Origin: Deltaproteobacteria bacterium
Lineage (GTDB): Bacteria > Desulfobacterota > Desulfobulbia > Desulfobulbales > UBA5123
DNA: 37,619 bases
Assembly: GCA_037379765.1 (NCBI GenBank)
Contig: JARRJE010000043.1
Span: forward strand, 865-38,483
Direction: 5' to 3'
The translations under genes were made by a program, and so were the position numbers. Numbering within the stretch: position 1 is the stretch's first letter; each line of letters opens with the position of its first letter. A model generated the notes under the pieces. The model worked only from the letters and a program-made list of their open reading frames with translations, did not search any database and was not told the DNA's origin. Shown piece by piece: positions 15,854 through 24,880 of this stretch.

Positions 15854-18349
15854 ATGCCGAAAATCACCTCCGCTCAATCGAGCATGATCGTCGAAACCCT
15901 CCGGGGAATCGTGGATCGAATCACCTATCACAATCCTGAAAACGGCTGGTCCGTGCTGCGGGTGCTTCCCTTCGACCGCCCTGGGGCCCAGGAGACGGTC
16001 ATCGTCCACCAGATCAAGGTCTTTGCCGGTGCCACCATGGAGTTTCGCGGCGCCTGGACGGTGCATCCCAGATACGGCCGCCAATTCAAAGCCACGGACG
16101 CGGTCGAGCGCAAACCGGCGACCGCCGCAGCCCTTGAAAAGTACCTGGGGTCCGGCCTGATCAAGGGGGTGGGTCCCAAGACCGCCCGTAAAATCGTTCG
16201 CCATTTCGGGGACAACACCCTGGCGGTGTTCGAAGAGCACATCGAGGAACTCACCGAAGTGCCGGGGATCGCCGTCAGGAAACTGGCCACCATCAGAGAG
16301 GCCTGGCAGGAGCACAGGGCGATCCGCGAGGTGATGATGTTCCTCCAGTCCCACGGCATCAGCACTCTGTTCGCGGTCCGCATTTACAAGCAGTACGGGG
16401 ATGAGGCCATTCGTTTGGTCAACGAAGATCCTTACCGCTTGGCCCAGGATATTTACGGCATCGGTTTCTTCTCCGCAGACCGCATCGCCTTGAGTATCGG
16501 CTTGGCGACGAACAGCCCCCAGCGGATCGTGGCGGGCATCCGACACGTGCTTGCGGCAAGTCGGGAATCGGGCCATTGCTATCTCACCCAAACGCAGATC
16601 GAAACTGAGGTGCAGGAGCTGCTGGGGCTCGATCTTGCGGCACAAATCCCTTCTCTGCTCACCCGCATGGAGAAAGAGGGATTGCTGCGGGTGCGGCTGC
16701 TGCCATCGGCGTCAGGCGCTTTCGAGACGTGCTACTATTCGAAATCGCTTTATTATGACGAATTGGCAGTGGCCGAGCGGATCAAGGCCATGGGGGCGGC
16801 GGCACCCGAGGTGGACCATGGGCGAATCGCCGCCTGGATCGCCCGCACCTGCCGGTCGAAAAACATTGCTCTGAGCGAGGAGCAGGCGGCGGCTGTAGCA
16901 GGGATTGCCGGCTGCCGGTTTGCCGTTCTCACCGGCGGCCCCGGTTGCGGCAAGACCACGACGACTTTGATTCTGGTGCGTCTGTTCGAGGCCATGGATC
17001 TCGAAGTGTTGCTCGCCGCGCCTACCGGCCGCGCCGCCCAGCGGATGAGCGAGGTGATCGGTAGGGAGGCGAAAACCATCCATCGGCTGTTGGAATGGCA
17101 GGGTGGCACCTTCAACAAAAATGAGGCATCTCCTCTCAAGACCGACGTCCTCATCGTTGACGAGTGCTCCATGCTCGACATCAGTCTTACCGCCGCTCTT
17201 CTCAAGGCGGTGCCTGAGGAAGTCCGACTGCTTTTCATCGGCGATGCCGACCAGCTGCCGTCCGTGGGTGCGGGTGACGTACTCCGGGACTTGATCGCTG
17301 CCAAGACGGTGAACTGCTACCGGCTGACTAAGATATTCCGCCAGGCCGAAGAATCGCTCATCATCCGCTACGCGCACCAAATCAACAGCGGCGATCTGCC
17401 GCCCGTCGAGTCGCCTTTCAAGAAGCCGGAGTTATGGCGAAATAAGGCGGATTGCCTTTTTCTCGATGCCGAAGAGGCCACCCGGGAACAGCTTCAGTTC
17501 ATCGCCAGGGCCAAACGACACTTTGACCTCAAGGCCGCCCGCCTGGAAAATGAAAATGCCGAAAGTCCTTATGCTTTCCGCACTGGGGAGACCCTGGTAC
17601 CCTATGAGTCGGAATTCTCCATCCCCAAAAAATTTCAGCACGTCGATCTTGAACGGCTGCTTGCCTCCCGCACGGGCACCGAGGAACTGCGCGCCGTCCT
17701 CAAAAAAGTGCACCCCTGGTCGGCTCTCCATTACGGCCTGGCCGCCGCCGACGTCATCCGCAATCTCTATCTGAAATGGATTCCGCGCTACTTCGGTGCC
17801 GACTGCGAGATCCAGGTGCTTTCCCCCATGACTCGGGGCAGCCTGGGCACGGCGAGTCTCAACCGGCTTTTACAGGAAAGCGCCAATCCGATGGGTGCCG
17901 GCAAGGGCCAGCTCACCGTGGGCGAACGGATCTTCCGGGAAGGAGATAGGGTGATTCACCGCCGGAACAATTACGAGCTCGGGGTGTTCAACGGCGACAT
18001 CGGCATCATCAAGGCCATCGATGCCGAGGAGCTGATCTGCACCGTCGCCTTCTTCCCCTACCGGCGGGAGGTCGCCTACCGCAAGGAGGATATCGTGGAG
18101 CTGGATCTCGCTTACGCCATTACTATCCACAAGTCTCAGGGCAGCGAATTCGAGGCGGTGATCATCCCGGTCCTGAGCCAGCATTTCAAGATGCTCTTCC
18201 GCAATCTGATCTATACCGGTCTCACCCGGGCCCGCAAACTCGCGGTTTTCGTCGGCACCCGCAAGGCTCTGGCCATGGCGGTCAAAAACCGGGACACCGC
18301 CCAGCGGCAGACGGCACTCAGACAGTTGCTTCGGGGTGAAGTGGTATGA
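15854..18349 (+). CDS. recD2: RecD2-type SF1B ATP-dependent DNA helicase
   Basis: 831 aa. The N-terminus is typical of RecD2 (GIVDRITYHNPENGWSVLRV..., HhH region GSGLIKGVGPKTARKIV). Walker A is LTGGPGCGKTT, followed by LLAAPTGRAAQRM, LIVDECSMLD, FIGDADQLPSVGAG, and C-terminal AITIHKSQGSEF and YTGLTRA. Confidence 0.9.
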   Translation: MPKITSAQSSMIVETLRGIVDRITYHNPENGWSVLRVLPFDRPGAQETVIVHQIKVFAGATMEFRGAWTVHPRYGRQFKATDAVERKPATAAALEKYLGSGLIKGVGPKTARKIVRHFGDNTLAVFEEHIEELTEVPGIAVRKLATIREAWQEHRAIREVMMFLQSHGISTLFAVRIYKQYGDEAIRLVNEDPYRLAQDIYGIGFFSADRIALSIGLATNSPQRIVAGIRHVLAASRESGHCYLTQTQIETEVQELLGLDLAAQIPSLLTRMEKEGLLRVRLLPSASGAFETCYYSKSLYYDELAVAERIKAMGAAAPEVDHGRIAAWIARTCRSKNIALSEEQAAAVAGIAGCRFAVLTGGPGCGKTTTTLILVRLFEAMDLEVLLAAPTGRAAQRMSEVIGREAKTIHRLLEWQGGTFNKNEASPLKTDVLIVDECSMLDISLTAALLKAVPEEVRLLFIGDADQLPSVGAGDVLRDLIAAKTVNCYRLTKIFRQAEESLIIRYAHQINSGDLPPVESPFKKPELWRNKADCLFLDAEEATREQLQFIARAKRHFDLKAARLENENAESPYAFRTGETLVPYESEFSIPKKFQHVDLERLLASRTGTEELRAVLKKVHPWSALHYGLAAADVIRNLYLKWIPRYFGADCEIQVLSPMTRGSLGTASLNRLLQESANPMGAGKGQLTVGERIFREGDRVIHRRNNYELGVFNGDIGIIKAIDAEELICTVAFFPYRREVAYRKEDIVELDLAYAITIHKSQGSEFEAVIIPVLSQHFKMLFRNLIYTGLTRARKLAVFVGTRKALAMAVKNRDTAQRQTALRQLLRGEVV

Positions 18350-18366
18350 TTTCTAGAAGAACCTGA

Positions 18367-18462
18367 GAATTGACCACAGAGAACACAGATGGCACAAAGA
18401 TTTTTTATCGAAAGGATTTTACTCTGTGATCTCTGTGCACTCTGTGGTGGAATAAGGAATTC
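18367..18462. repeat. CACAGAG-type hairpin repeat, family B, copy 1
   Basis: The left arm has three 9-nt units: cCACAGAGa aCACAGATg gCACAAAGa. The right arm has three complementary units: aCTCTGTGa tCTCTGTGc aCTCTGTGg. The outer arms are GAATT/AATTC. It lies between the recD2 stop and the rnz start. Confidence 0.8.
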
Positions 18463-18472
18463 AGAATATTAT

Positions 18473-19414
18473 ATGTCCATGTCCACCCGTAGATTGATTG
18501 TGCTGGGCACGGCCAGCCAGGTCCCCACTCCCCGCCGCCACCACAACGGCTACTTTCTTTTCTGGGACGGGGAGGGGATCCTGATGGACCCCGGCGAGGG
18601 GACCCAAGGGCAGCTGGCCCGGCTCGGCATCGCCGCATCGGCCGTCACGAGGGTCCTCATCACCCACTTTCACGGCGACCACTGCCTGGGTCTGGCCGGG
18701 GTCATCCAACGGATTTCCCTGGACCGGGTGGCCCACACGGTGAAAATATATTTTCCGGCCTCCGGCCGCCGCTTTTACCAAAATCTGCGGGATGCAGCCA
18801 TTTATCACCGAACGGCCCGACTGGAAGAACATCCTGTCTCCGAACCGGGAGTAATCGACGCCGACGACCGCTTCATCCTGGAGGTCCAACCCCTGGACCA
18901 CTCGGTGGAGACATGGGGCTACCGCATCAAGGAACCGGATGGAGTCACTCTCTTTCCCGACCGGCTGCAGGCGGCGGAGATCGAGGGGCCGGCGGTGGGC
19001 AGGCTGCTTCGGGAGGGAAAAATCGAATCCGCCGACCGCACCGTGACCTTGGCGGAGATGAGCACCCCCCGTCCCGGTCAGGTTTTCGCCTTGGTCATGG
19101 ATACCCGTCCCTGCCCCGGCGCTCTTGTCCTGGCCGACGGAGCGGATCTCCTGCTTTGCGAGGCCACCTATCTTTCCGATCGTGCCGATCTCGCCGCAAA
19201 GTATGGCCACATGACCGCTGCCCAGGCAGCACAGCTCGCCTCCGCGGCCGGGGCCAGGAAGCTGGTTCTCGGTCACTTTTCTCAGCGCTATCAGGAAAAT
19301 GAAGCTTTCCGGAAGGAGGCCTCCGCCATCCACCCGGAGGTGCTGGCCCCCGCAGAGGGAGAGCGGATCGAGGTACCGAAGAGAAGGAGGTTCGAAAAGA
19401 TTACAACCCGCTAA
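18473..19414 (+). CDS. rnz: ribonuclease Z (MBL-fold tRNA 3' endonuclease)
   Basis: This is the 3' part of ORF 18389..19414. The start is moved to ATG 18473 because the upstream codons lie on the hairpin repeat. Motifs: LITHFHGDHCLGL (HxHxDH), LLCEATY, GHMTAAQAAQLA, LVLGHFSQRY. Confidence 0.85.
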   Translation: MSMSTRRLIVLGTASQVPTPRRHHNGYFLFWDGEGILMDPGEGTQGQLARLGIAASAVTRVLITHFHGDHCLGLAGVIQRISLDRVAHTVKIYFPASGRRFYQNLRDAAIYHRTARLEEHPVSEPGVIDADDRFILEVQPLDHSVETWGYRIKEPDGVTLFPDRLQAAEIEGPAVGRLLREGKIESADRTVTLAEMSTPRPGQVFALVMDTRPCPGALVLADGADLLLCEATYLSDRADLAAKYGHMTAAQAAQLASAAGARKLVLGHFSQRYQENEAFRKEASAIHPEVLAPAEGERIEVPKRRRFEKITTR

Positions 19415-19462
19415 GTGGATAGATACGGTGTTTTGGCAAAAAAATTGATCTGCCTTCTTTCC

Positions 19463-20053
19463 CTAAATCGCTTGCCGATAAATGATTCCCCATCCCTGCC
19501 CGGGATTTTCCCGCCGGTGTTCCTGCTGGTATTGCCTGTTCCGTTCTTCCGCATCGATCCGCTTCCGCAGATTTCGGTAATCCTCAGGCGAGACGTCGGG
19601 CAATTCCTCAAGAAAGGCTACGATATCCCAGATCTCCTCGTCTGGCTGAGTAGTGCCGAAACTGGGCATGCCGGTGAATGTGAAGCCGTGTTTGACGATC
19701 CAGAAAAGCTCGGCCGTCGACCAGTCGCCGACATGCATTGAGAGGTCGGGCGGCTCCGGCCGCAGGCCCCGGCCGATCTCGGAGGGGACGACCCCCGGGG
19801 CGCCGTGACAAAGGACGCACATCTCATCGAAATATTTGAACCCTTTGTCCTTATTCTGCCCATACAGGGGCGGGGCCTTGATAGCGCCGGCACGGGCCCG
19901 CACCGAATTCTTCAGAGTGGTTTGAAGAATCCACTGAAGCGGGCCATAACGGTGATCCGAAGCGGCGATATTATAAGCACCCGAATGGATGTAAACGAGA
20001 AAACCCGTTGCAGCCAGGACCAGCGTGAGCAGCATGACCGCGATCGTTTTCAT
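19463..20053 (-). CDS. membrane-anchored monoheme c-type cytochrome
   Basis: 196 aa. It has an N-terminal TM/signal anchor (MKTIAVMLLTLVLAATGFLVYI), a single CVLCH heme motif, a downstream GMPSFG (probable Met ligand), and a strong SD (GGGGGAGGGGAG) upstream. Confidence 0.8.
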   Translation of the reverse strand: MKTIAVMLLTLVLAATGFLVYIHSGAYNIAASDHRYGPLQWILQTTLKNSVRARAGAIKAPPLYGQNKDKGFKYFDEMCVLCHGAPGVVPSEIGRGLRPEPPDLSMHVGDWSTAELFWIVKHGFTFTGMPSFGTTQPDEEIWDIVAFLEELPDVSPEDYRNLRKRIDAEERNRQYQQEHRRENPGQGWGIIYRQAI

Positions 20054-20085
20054 GAGCTCCCCTCCCCCTTTTTCGTCGCAGCGCC

Positions 20086-20463
20086 CTATTCGGAGTAAGC
20101 GATGGTGCTGAGCAGAGCATTTTCCGCCTGGCGGCTGTCGAGCCTCGAATGCTGGACCACGATGGGCACGTCCGATTCGAAGACCGAGGCATAATCGGTA
20201 TCCTTGGGGACGGGTTCCGGTTCGCGTAATTCATTGAAACGCATATGAAGGGTACGGCGGGCCGGGACCATGATCTCATAAGGGCCTGCGGGTTCCCGGT
20301 TGCTGAAATAGATGGTCAGGCGCACCCGAGCGTCCCGGTCGGTGGTGTTCAGGAGACAGGCGGTTTCGTGGCTTTCCATCTGGGGCCCCACGCCATGGCT
20401 CCAAGCAGGAATATACCCCTCGGCAATGGCCCAGACCTTGCGGCCGATGGGATGGCTGGTCAT
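20086..20463 (-). CDS. sensory rhodopsin transducer (ASRT) family protein
   Basis: This is the 3' part of ORF 20086..20589. ATG 20463 is preferred (SD AGGAGA upstream) and gives 125 aa, the length I recall for Anabaena ASRT. Strong by-eye match to the remembered ASRT sequence: VWAIAEGYIP, SHETACLLN, VRLTIYFSNREPAGPY, VPARRTLHMRFN, VPIVVQHSRLDSRQAENALLSTIAY. Confidence 0.8.
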   Translation of the reverse strand: MTSHPIGRKVWAIAEGYIPAWSHGVGPQMESHETACLLNTTDRDARVRLTIYFSNREPAGPYEIMVPARRTLHMRFNELREPEPVPKDTDYASVFESDVPIVVQHSRLDSRQAENALLSTIAYSE

Positions 20464-20705
20464 GCATCTATCTCCTCTTGTTGACTTTTTCTGATGCTCA
20501 CAAAATGAATTGCCGCAAAAGGCTCGTTGAGGGAGGTTGCTCATATGGCCCGCGCCCCGTTGAGCAGGCGCCGATCCCAGCGGCCGCATGGGGCGCCATC
20601 CCGAAATGTCGCCAAGCCGGTAAAATCTACAGGGCCTTGCAGGCCATATCTTTCCAGGACAAGATTAGTGTCCTGGTGAATGCACGCACATACGTTTCCG
20701 CCTTT

Positions 20706-23700
20706 TCATCGTCCTCCCGGGGCCAAGCGGATGATGCGGCCCATACGGGCAGGCCGCTCCTCTCTCACCCGGTGTTGGTGATATCCGGTCATGGGATGAC
20801 GACGGTGAGGAAGGCTCCTCTTTTTTTGCTGGTTGGTGGCGGCCAGCAAAGCGGCTGCCCCGAGCAGGCTGCCGGCCAGCAGGCTCAAGCCCACCGAACG
20901 CCGATTCTCGGAAAGCCAGAGAATAGGGCTCGCCTCGGAAGCCTGGACGTCAAAAGCGCCATGCGCCCCAGGATCGCCCGGCACCGGCGCAAAGAGATTG
21001 TCCGGGCGGTTGGGATCCTCGGCTTCTTCGGTCTGCTGCATCTCATAGCCGGAGCTGGCGAATTTCTTGTCCAGCAGGCTGGGGATGAACTTATCGGCCC
21101 AGATGGCCTCGACAGTGGATCGGCCCACGTAGATTTCGCGCCGCCGATGATGGCCGGCCCAGACGATGGCGTCCGCAGCCACTTCCGGCTGGAAGACGGG
21201 AGGCACCGGCTTTACCCTACGGGCGAGCTTGGAGCGCACCCAGCCGAACTGGGGAGTGTTCAAGGCCGGCAGCTGCACCATGGTGAGATGCACCTTGCTG
21301 TGATCGTGAAGGAGCTCGGTGCGGATGGCGTCGGTAAAACCGCGGATCCCGCTTTTGGCCCCGCAATAGGCGGATTGAAGCGGGATGGAGCGGTCGGCAA
21401 GGGCCGAACCTACTTGAACGACGGCCCCCCGGTCGCGGGGCAGCATCCGCTTCAAGGCGGACATGGTGCCATAGACCTGGCCCAGATAAGTCACCTCGGT
21501 GACCCGCTTGAACTCTTCGGGGGTGATCTCCTTAAATGGGGCGAAGACCGCGGTCATGGCGTTGTTGACCCAGACGTCGATGGGCCCGAAGGCTTTTTCC
21601 ACCTTTTCCGCCGCCCCTTCCACCTGCTCGGGATCAGCAACGTCGGTGGGAATGGCCAACGCCTGGCCCCCCAGCCGTTCGACCTCCTCTTTGGTGCGTT
21701 CCAACCGTTCGCGGTCCCGGGCCAGCAATCCGATCCGGGCACCCTGCCGGGCAAAGGCATGGGCCGTGGCCCGGCCCACCCCGGCCGAGGCGCCGGTGAT
21801 CACCACCACTTCCTGCCGACCCTGGTCGTTCGTGCCGGTTGATTTGAATCTCTCCCGCGCGGCCAACAACCGCTGCTTGCCGCGTTGCCATCGAGTCCGT
21901 ACCTCCGCAAGGGAAACGATCTTTCTTTTTTCGGTCATTTCTTTTTCCCTCCTAGCCTGCATGAAGGCCTGATGGACGAGCTCGGCCAGATGCAGCGCCT
22001 CCCGGCCGGTGCCCTCCTTGATTTGGGTCCGGCAGCTGAAGCCGTCGGCCACGATAAAGGTTGCCGCACTCGCGTGACGGACTGCCGGCAGAAGTCCTTC
22101 CTCGCCGATGGCCATGGAGATGGCGTAATGCTTCCTTTCCAGGCCGAAGGACCCGGCCATTCCGCAGCAGCCTTTCTGCGGCTCCTCGATCTCGAGACCC
22201 ATTCGCGCCAGGACGTTTTTGGCCGCCTGGACCTTAAGCACCGCCTTCTGATGGCAGTGGCCGTGGAAGATCACCTTGCCTTCGAGCTTCGGCAGCTCGA
22301 GACCCCGCTCGTCCACGAATTCGCTGAAAAGGGTGCTCAGCCGGGTCAGACGCTGTCCGTCCCGGTCCGTCGGGAAAAGGCCGGGCAGCTCGTCCCGGAA
22401 GACCGAGACGGTACTCGGCTCGGTGAAAATCACCGGCACGCCGTCGGTGATGAAGGGGCGGAGAAGATCAATCGTTCGCTGCAGCTCTTTTTTGGCCTGA
22501 TCGAGCATGCCGTAGTGGATGAGGGGTCGGATGGCCCCCGGCCGCTCGGAAGGCAGCAGCACCCGAAAGCCCCAGTGCTCGAGATTGAGGACTGCGGCTT
22601 CGAGGGTCTGCGGGAAGAAACAGTCGTTGAAGAGATCGGGATAGAGGACGACCTGCTCCCCCTCCGGATTGGCTGGCGGCCTGTCCCGGAACCAGTCCCG
22701 GAAGGTTCGGGTGGCGAACGCGGGCAGATTCCGCTCCTGGGCCACCCCGCCCGCGAATTTGGCAACGTTGCGCAAAAGAGGGGCCTGGGTGAGGAAATTG
22801 GCGGTGCGGGGCAATAGGGCCCCCAGCCGGCCGGTGATGCCGATGAGTCCCATGGCATAGGCAGGAAGGGGCCGCCGTTTTTTCCGATAATAGTGTGACA
22901 GAAACTCGGCCTTGTAAGTGGCGAGATCAACATCCACGGGGCATTCCTTCTTGCATCCCTTACAGCCGAGACAGAGCTCGAGGGATTCGAACACCTCCTC
23001 GCTTTCCCAGCCGTCCTTCAGAAAGTCGCCGCGCAGCATCTCGAAGAGCAGATGGGCCCGGCCCCGGGTGGTGTCCTTCTCCTCGCGGGTGGCCAGAAAG
23101 CTCGGGCACATGAAAGCGTCCTTGGTCCGGCGGCACTTGCCCACCCCCACGCAGCGCAGGGTGGCCCGGGAGAAACTTCCCTCATCGTCGGGGAAGCGGA
23201 AATGGGTGGCCGGCTGCCAGGGGTCGTAGCTCACCCCCAGCCGCAGGTGCTCGTCGGGCCGATAAGCGTCGACCACCTTGCCCGGGTTCATTTTCCACTC
23301 CGGGTCCCAGGCGGCCTTGAACTCCCGGAAGGCCTCCATCAGCTCCGGACCGTACATCTTGGGCAGCAGAGCCGCCCTGGCCTGCCCGTCGCCATGCTCG
23401 CCTGAAAAGGAGCCGCCGTAGCTGTTGACCAGATCGGCGGACCGATCGATGAACTGCATATAAGTATCGATGCCTTCCCAGTGACCGTAAAGGGAGGCCT
23501 CATAACCGAATTCGTGGAGAAGCTTGCGAAAATCCCGCAGGTAGTCGCCGGCCCGCTCCGGCGGCACGGCAGCGTCCTCCCAGCCCGGCCAGGTGAGGGG
23601 CATGCCCGGAACATTGGCGGTGGCGCCAAGGCCCGACTCCCGGATCTCCCAGACCAGCGCCTCTTCTTCCGGATCGGTGAAGAGTTTCATGCTGGGCGGT

Positions 23701-24812
23701 TGGTCAGTTTCTTTGAGGGCCTCCATGGCCTCCCGGGCCTTATTGCGGGCCTCGTCCTGGTTCCTGCCGCCGAATTCCACCAGCAGCCAGCCTTCGCCAT
23801 CCGGAAGCAGCTGGATGTCCTGGGGGTGCAGCCCTTTCTTTTTCATGTAGCCGATAAGAAGGTGATCGAGCCCTTCCAGGCCGATTGGGCCGTAAGTCAT
23901 GATCTGCGGCACGTGGTCCGCTGCGGTGTAAACATCCGGGTAGCCCAAGACCAGCAGCGCGGTGCCTTGGGGCTGCTCCACCAGCCGCAGAGTCGCCTCG
24001 AGAACGGTCACGCAAGTGGCCTCGCTCCCCACCAGGGCCCGGGCCACGTTGAAGCCGTTTTCGGGCAGCAACTCGTCCAGATTGTAGCCGGAGACCCGAC
24101 GGGGAATCTTGGGGTAGTGCGCCCGGATGAGATCCCCGTATCGGTCCCGGACCTCCTTCATTTTGCGGTAGATCTCGCCCTTTCGGCCGCCCTCGGCGAT
24201 GATCTTTTCGAGCTCCTCCTCGCTGGTGGGGCCCACCCGCATGCGAAGGCCGTCGTAAGTGAGGATCTCGAGCTCGTGGACGTTGTCCACGGTGCGGCCG
24301 GCCATGACCGAGTGGATGCCGCAGGAGTTGTTGCCGATCATGCCGCCCAGAGTGCAGTGGTTATGGGTGGCCGGGTCCGGGCCGAAAGTAAGATGGTGCT
24401 CACGCCTGGCCTTCTCCCGCAGATGGTCGAGGATGGTGCCGGGCTCCACCGTTGCCGTCTTGGCCCCCGGATCGATGGCCAGGATTCGGTTGAGATATTT
24501 GGAGAAATCTATGACCACCGCCGCGTTGACGGTCTGGCCGGCAAGGGCGGTGCCGGCGCCCCGGGAAACGATAGGCGCGCCGTAGCGGCGGCAGACGGCC
24601 ATTGTCTCTTCTACCGCTTCCCGGGTGCGGGGAACCACCACGCCAACCGGGATGAATCGATAGTTGGAACCATCACTGGCGTAAAGGGCCCGGCTGGCGC
24701 GGTCGAACCGCACCTCCCCGTCCACTGAGGCAGTCAGTTCCCTGGCCAGGGCGTCGGCATCGAGCTCCTGGACGACGAACCGTTCGTGATCCTTGAGATA
24801 TTCCCTGGTCAT
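20706..24812 (-). CDS. YdiJ-like FAD-binding (PCMH) / 4Fe-4S / CCG-domain oxidoreductase fused in frame to an SDR-family dehydrogenase with a C-terminal TM segment
   Basis: ORF 20706..24884. The start is set at ATG 24812 (SD AAAGGAGG). FAD_binding_4 region: VVVPRTREAVEETMAVCRRYGAPIVSRGAGTALAGQ. Fe-S motifs: CVGVGKCRR...MCPS and CLGCKGCKKECP. CCG motif: HGHCHQ...GCCGMAGSFG. After a linker of about 50 aa comes the SDR: VVVITGASAGVGRA, NNAM, S...YCGAK. The C-terminal hydrophobic stretch is VGLSLLAGSLLGAAALLAA. An internal ATG at 21938 is preceded by AGGAGGG. Confidence 0.8.
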   Translation of the reverse strand: MTREYLKDHERFVVQELDADALARELTASVDGEVRFDRASRALYASDGSNYRFIPVGVVVPRTREAVEETMAVCRRYGAPIVSRGAGTALAGQTVNAAVVIDFSKYLNRILAIDPGAKTATVEPGTILDHLREKARREHHLTFGPDPATHNHCTLGGMIGNNSCGIHSVMAGRTVDNVHELEILTYDGLRMRVGPTSEEELEKIIAEGGRKGEIYRKMKEVRDRYGDLIRAHYPKIPRRVSGYNLDELLPENGFNVARALVGSEATCVTVLEATLRLVEQPQGTALLVLGYPDVYTAADHVPQIMTYGPIGLEGLDHLLIGYMKKKGLHPQDIQLLPDGEGWLLVEFGGRNQDEARNKAREAMEALKETDQPPSMKLFTDPEEEALVWEIRESGLGATANVPGMPLTWPGWEDAAVPPERAGDYLRDFRKLLHEFGYEASLYGHWEGIDTYMQFIDRSADLVNSYGGSFSGEHGDGQARAALLPKMYGPELMEAFREFKAAWDPEWKMNPGKVVDAYRPDEHLRLGVSYDPWQPATHFRFPDDEGSFSRATLRCVGVGKCRRTKDAFMCPSFLATREEKDTTRGRAHLLFEMLRGDFLKDGWESEEVFESLELCLGCKGCKKECPVDVDLATYKAEFLSHYYRKKRRPLPAYAMGLIGITGRLGALLPRTANFLTQAPLLRNVAKFAGGVAQERNLPAFATRTFRDWFRDRPPANPEGEQVVLYPDLFNDCFFPQTLEAAVLNLEHWGFRVLLPSERPGAIRPLIHYGMLDQAKKELQRTIDLLRPFITDGVPVIFTEPSTVSVFRDELPGLFPTDRDGQRLTRLSTLFSEFVDERGLELPKLEGKVIFHGHCHQKAVLKVQAAKNVLARMGLEIEEPQKGCCGMAGSFGLERKHYAISMAIGEEGLLPAVRHASAATFIVADGFSCRTQIKEGTGREALHLAELVHQAFMQARREKEMTEKRKIVSLAEVRTRWQRGKQRLLAARERFKSTGTNDQGRQEVVVITGASAGVGRATAHAFARQGARIGLLARDRERLERTKEEVERLGGQALAIPTDVADPEQVEGAAEKVEKAFGPIDVWVNNAMTAVFAPFKEITPEEFKRVTEVTYLGQVYGTMSALKRMLPRDRGAVVQVGSALADRSIPLQSAYCGAKSGIRGFTDAIRTELLHDHSKVHLTMVQLPALNTPQFGWVRSKLARRVKPVPPVFQPEVAADAIVWAGHHRRREIYVGRSTVEAIWADKFIPSLLDKKFASSGYEMQQTEEAEDPNRPDNLFAPVPGDPGAHGAFDVQASEASPILWLSENRRSVGLSLLAGSLLGAAALLAATNQQKKRSLPHRRHPMTGYHQHRVREERPARMGRIIRLAPGGR

Positions 24813-24880
24813 GCGACCTCCTTTGATCAATGAGAAATGAAAAGCATCCACTGTCGTTCTCCACTTTGCATTCTCAATAT

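Noticed and set aside
18388-18405. Sigma54-like TGGCAC boxes at 18390 (TGGCACAAAGATTTTT) and 36955 (TGGCACTTGTTGAAC)
   Set aside because: The -12 element (TTGC at the correct GG-N10-GC spacing) is absent in both. The first lies in the loop of a repeat.
18367-18462. Possible CRISPR-like array because of regularly spaced CACAGAG units
   Set aside because: The units are only 7-9 nt with a 9-nt period and no unique spacers. The second half is the reverse complement of the first. The element is a hairpin repeat, not a CRISPR array.
18389-18472. Upstream ATG extension of rnz (MAQRFFIERILLCDLCALCGGIRNSEYY)
   Set aside because: These codons are the translated hairpin repeat. The RNase Z homology begins at the ATG at 18473.
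20654-20676. Hairpin CCAGGAC-N9-GTCCTGG downstream of the FAD/Fe-S/SDR gene as an intrinsic terminator
   Set aside because: On the transcribed (minus) strand it is followed by an A-rich rather than U-rich tract. It is too weak to annotate.
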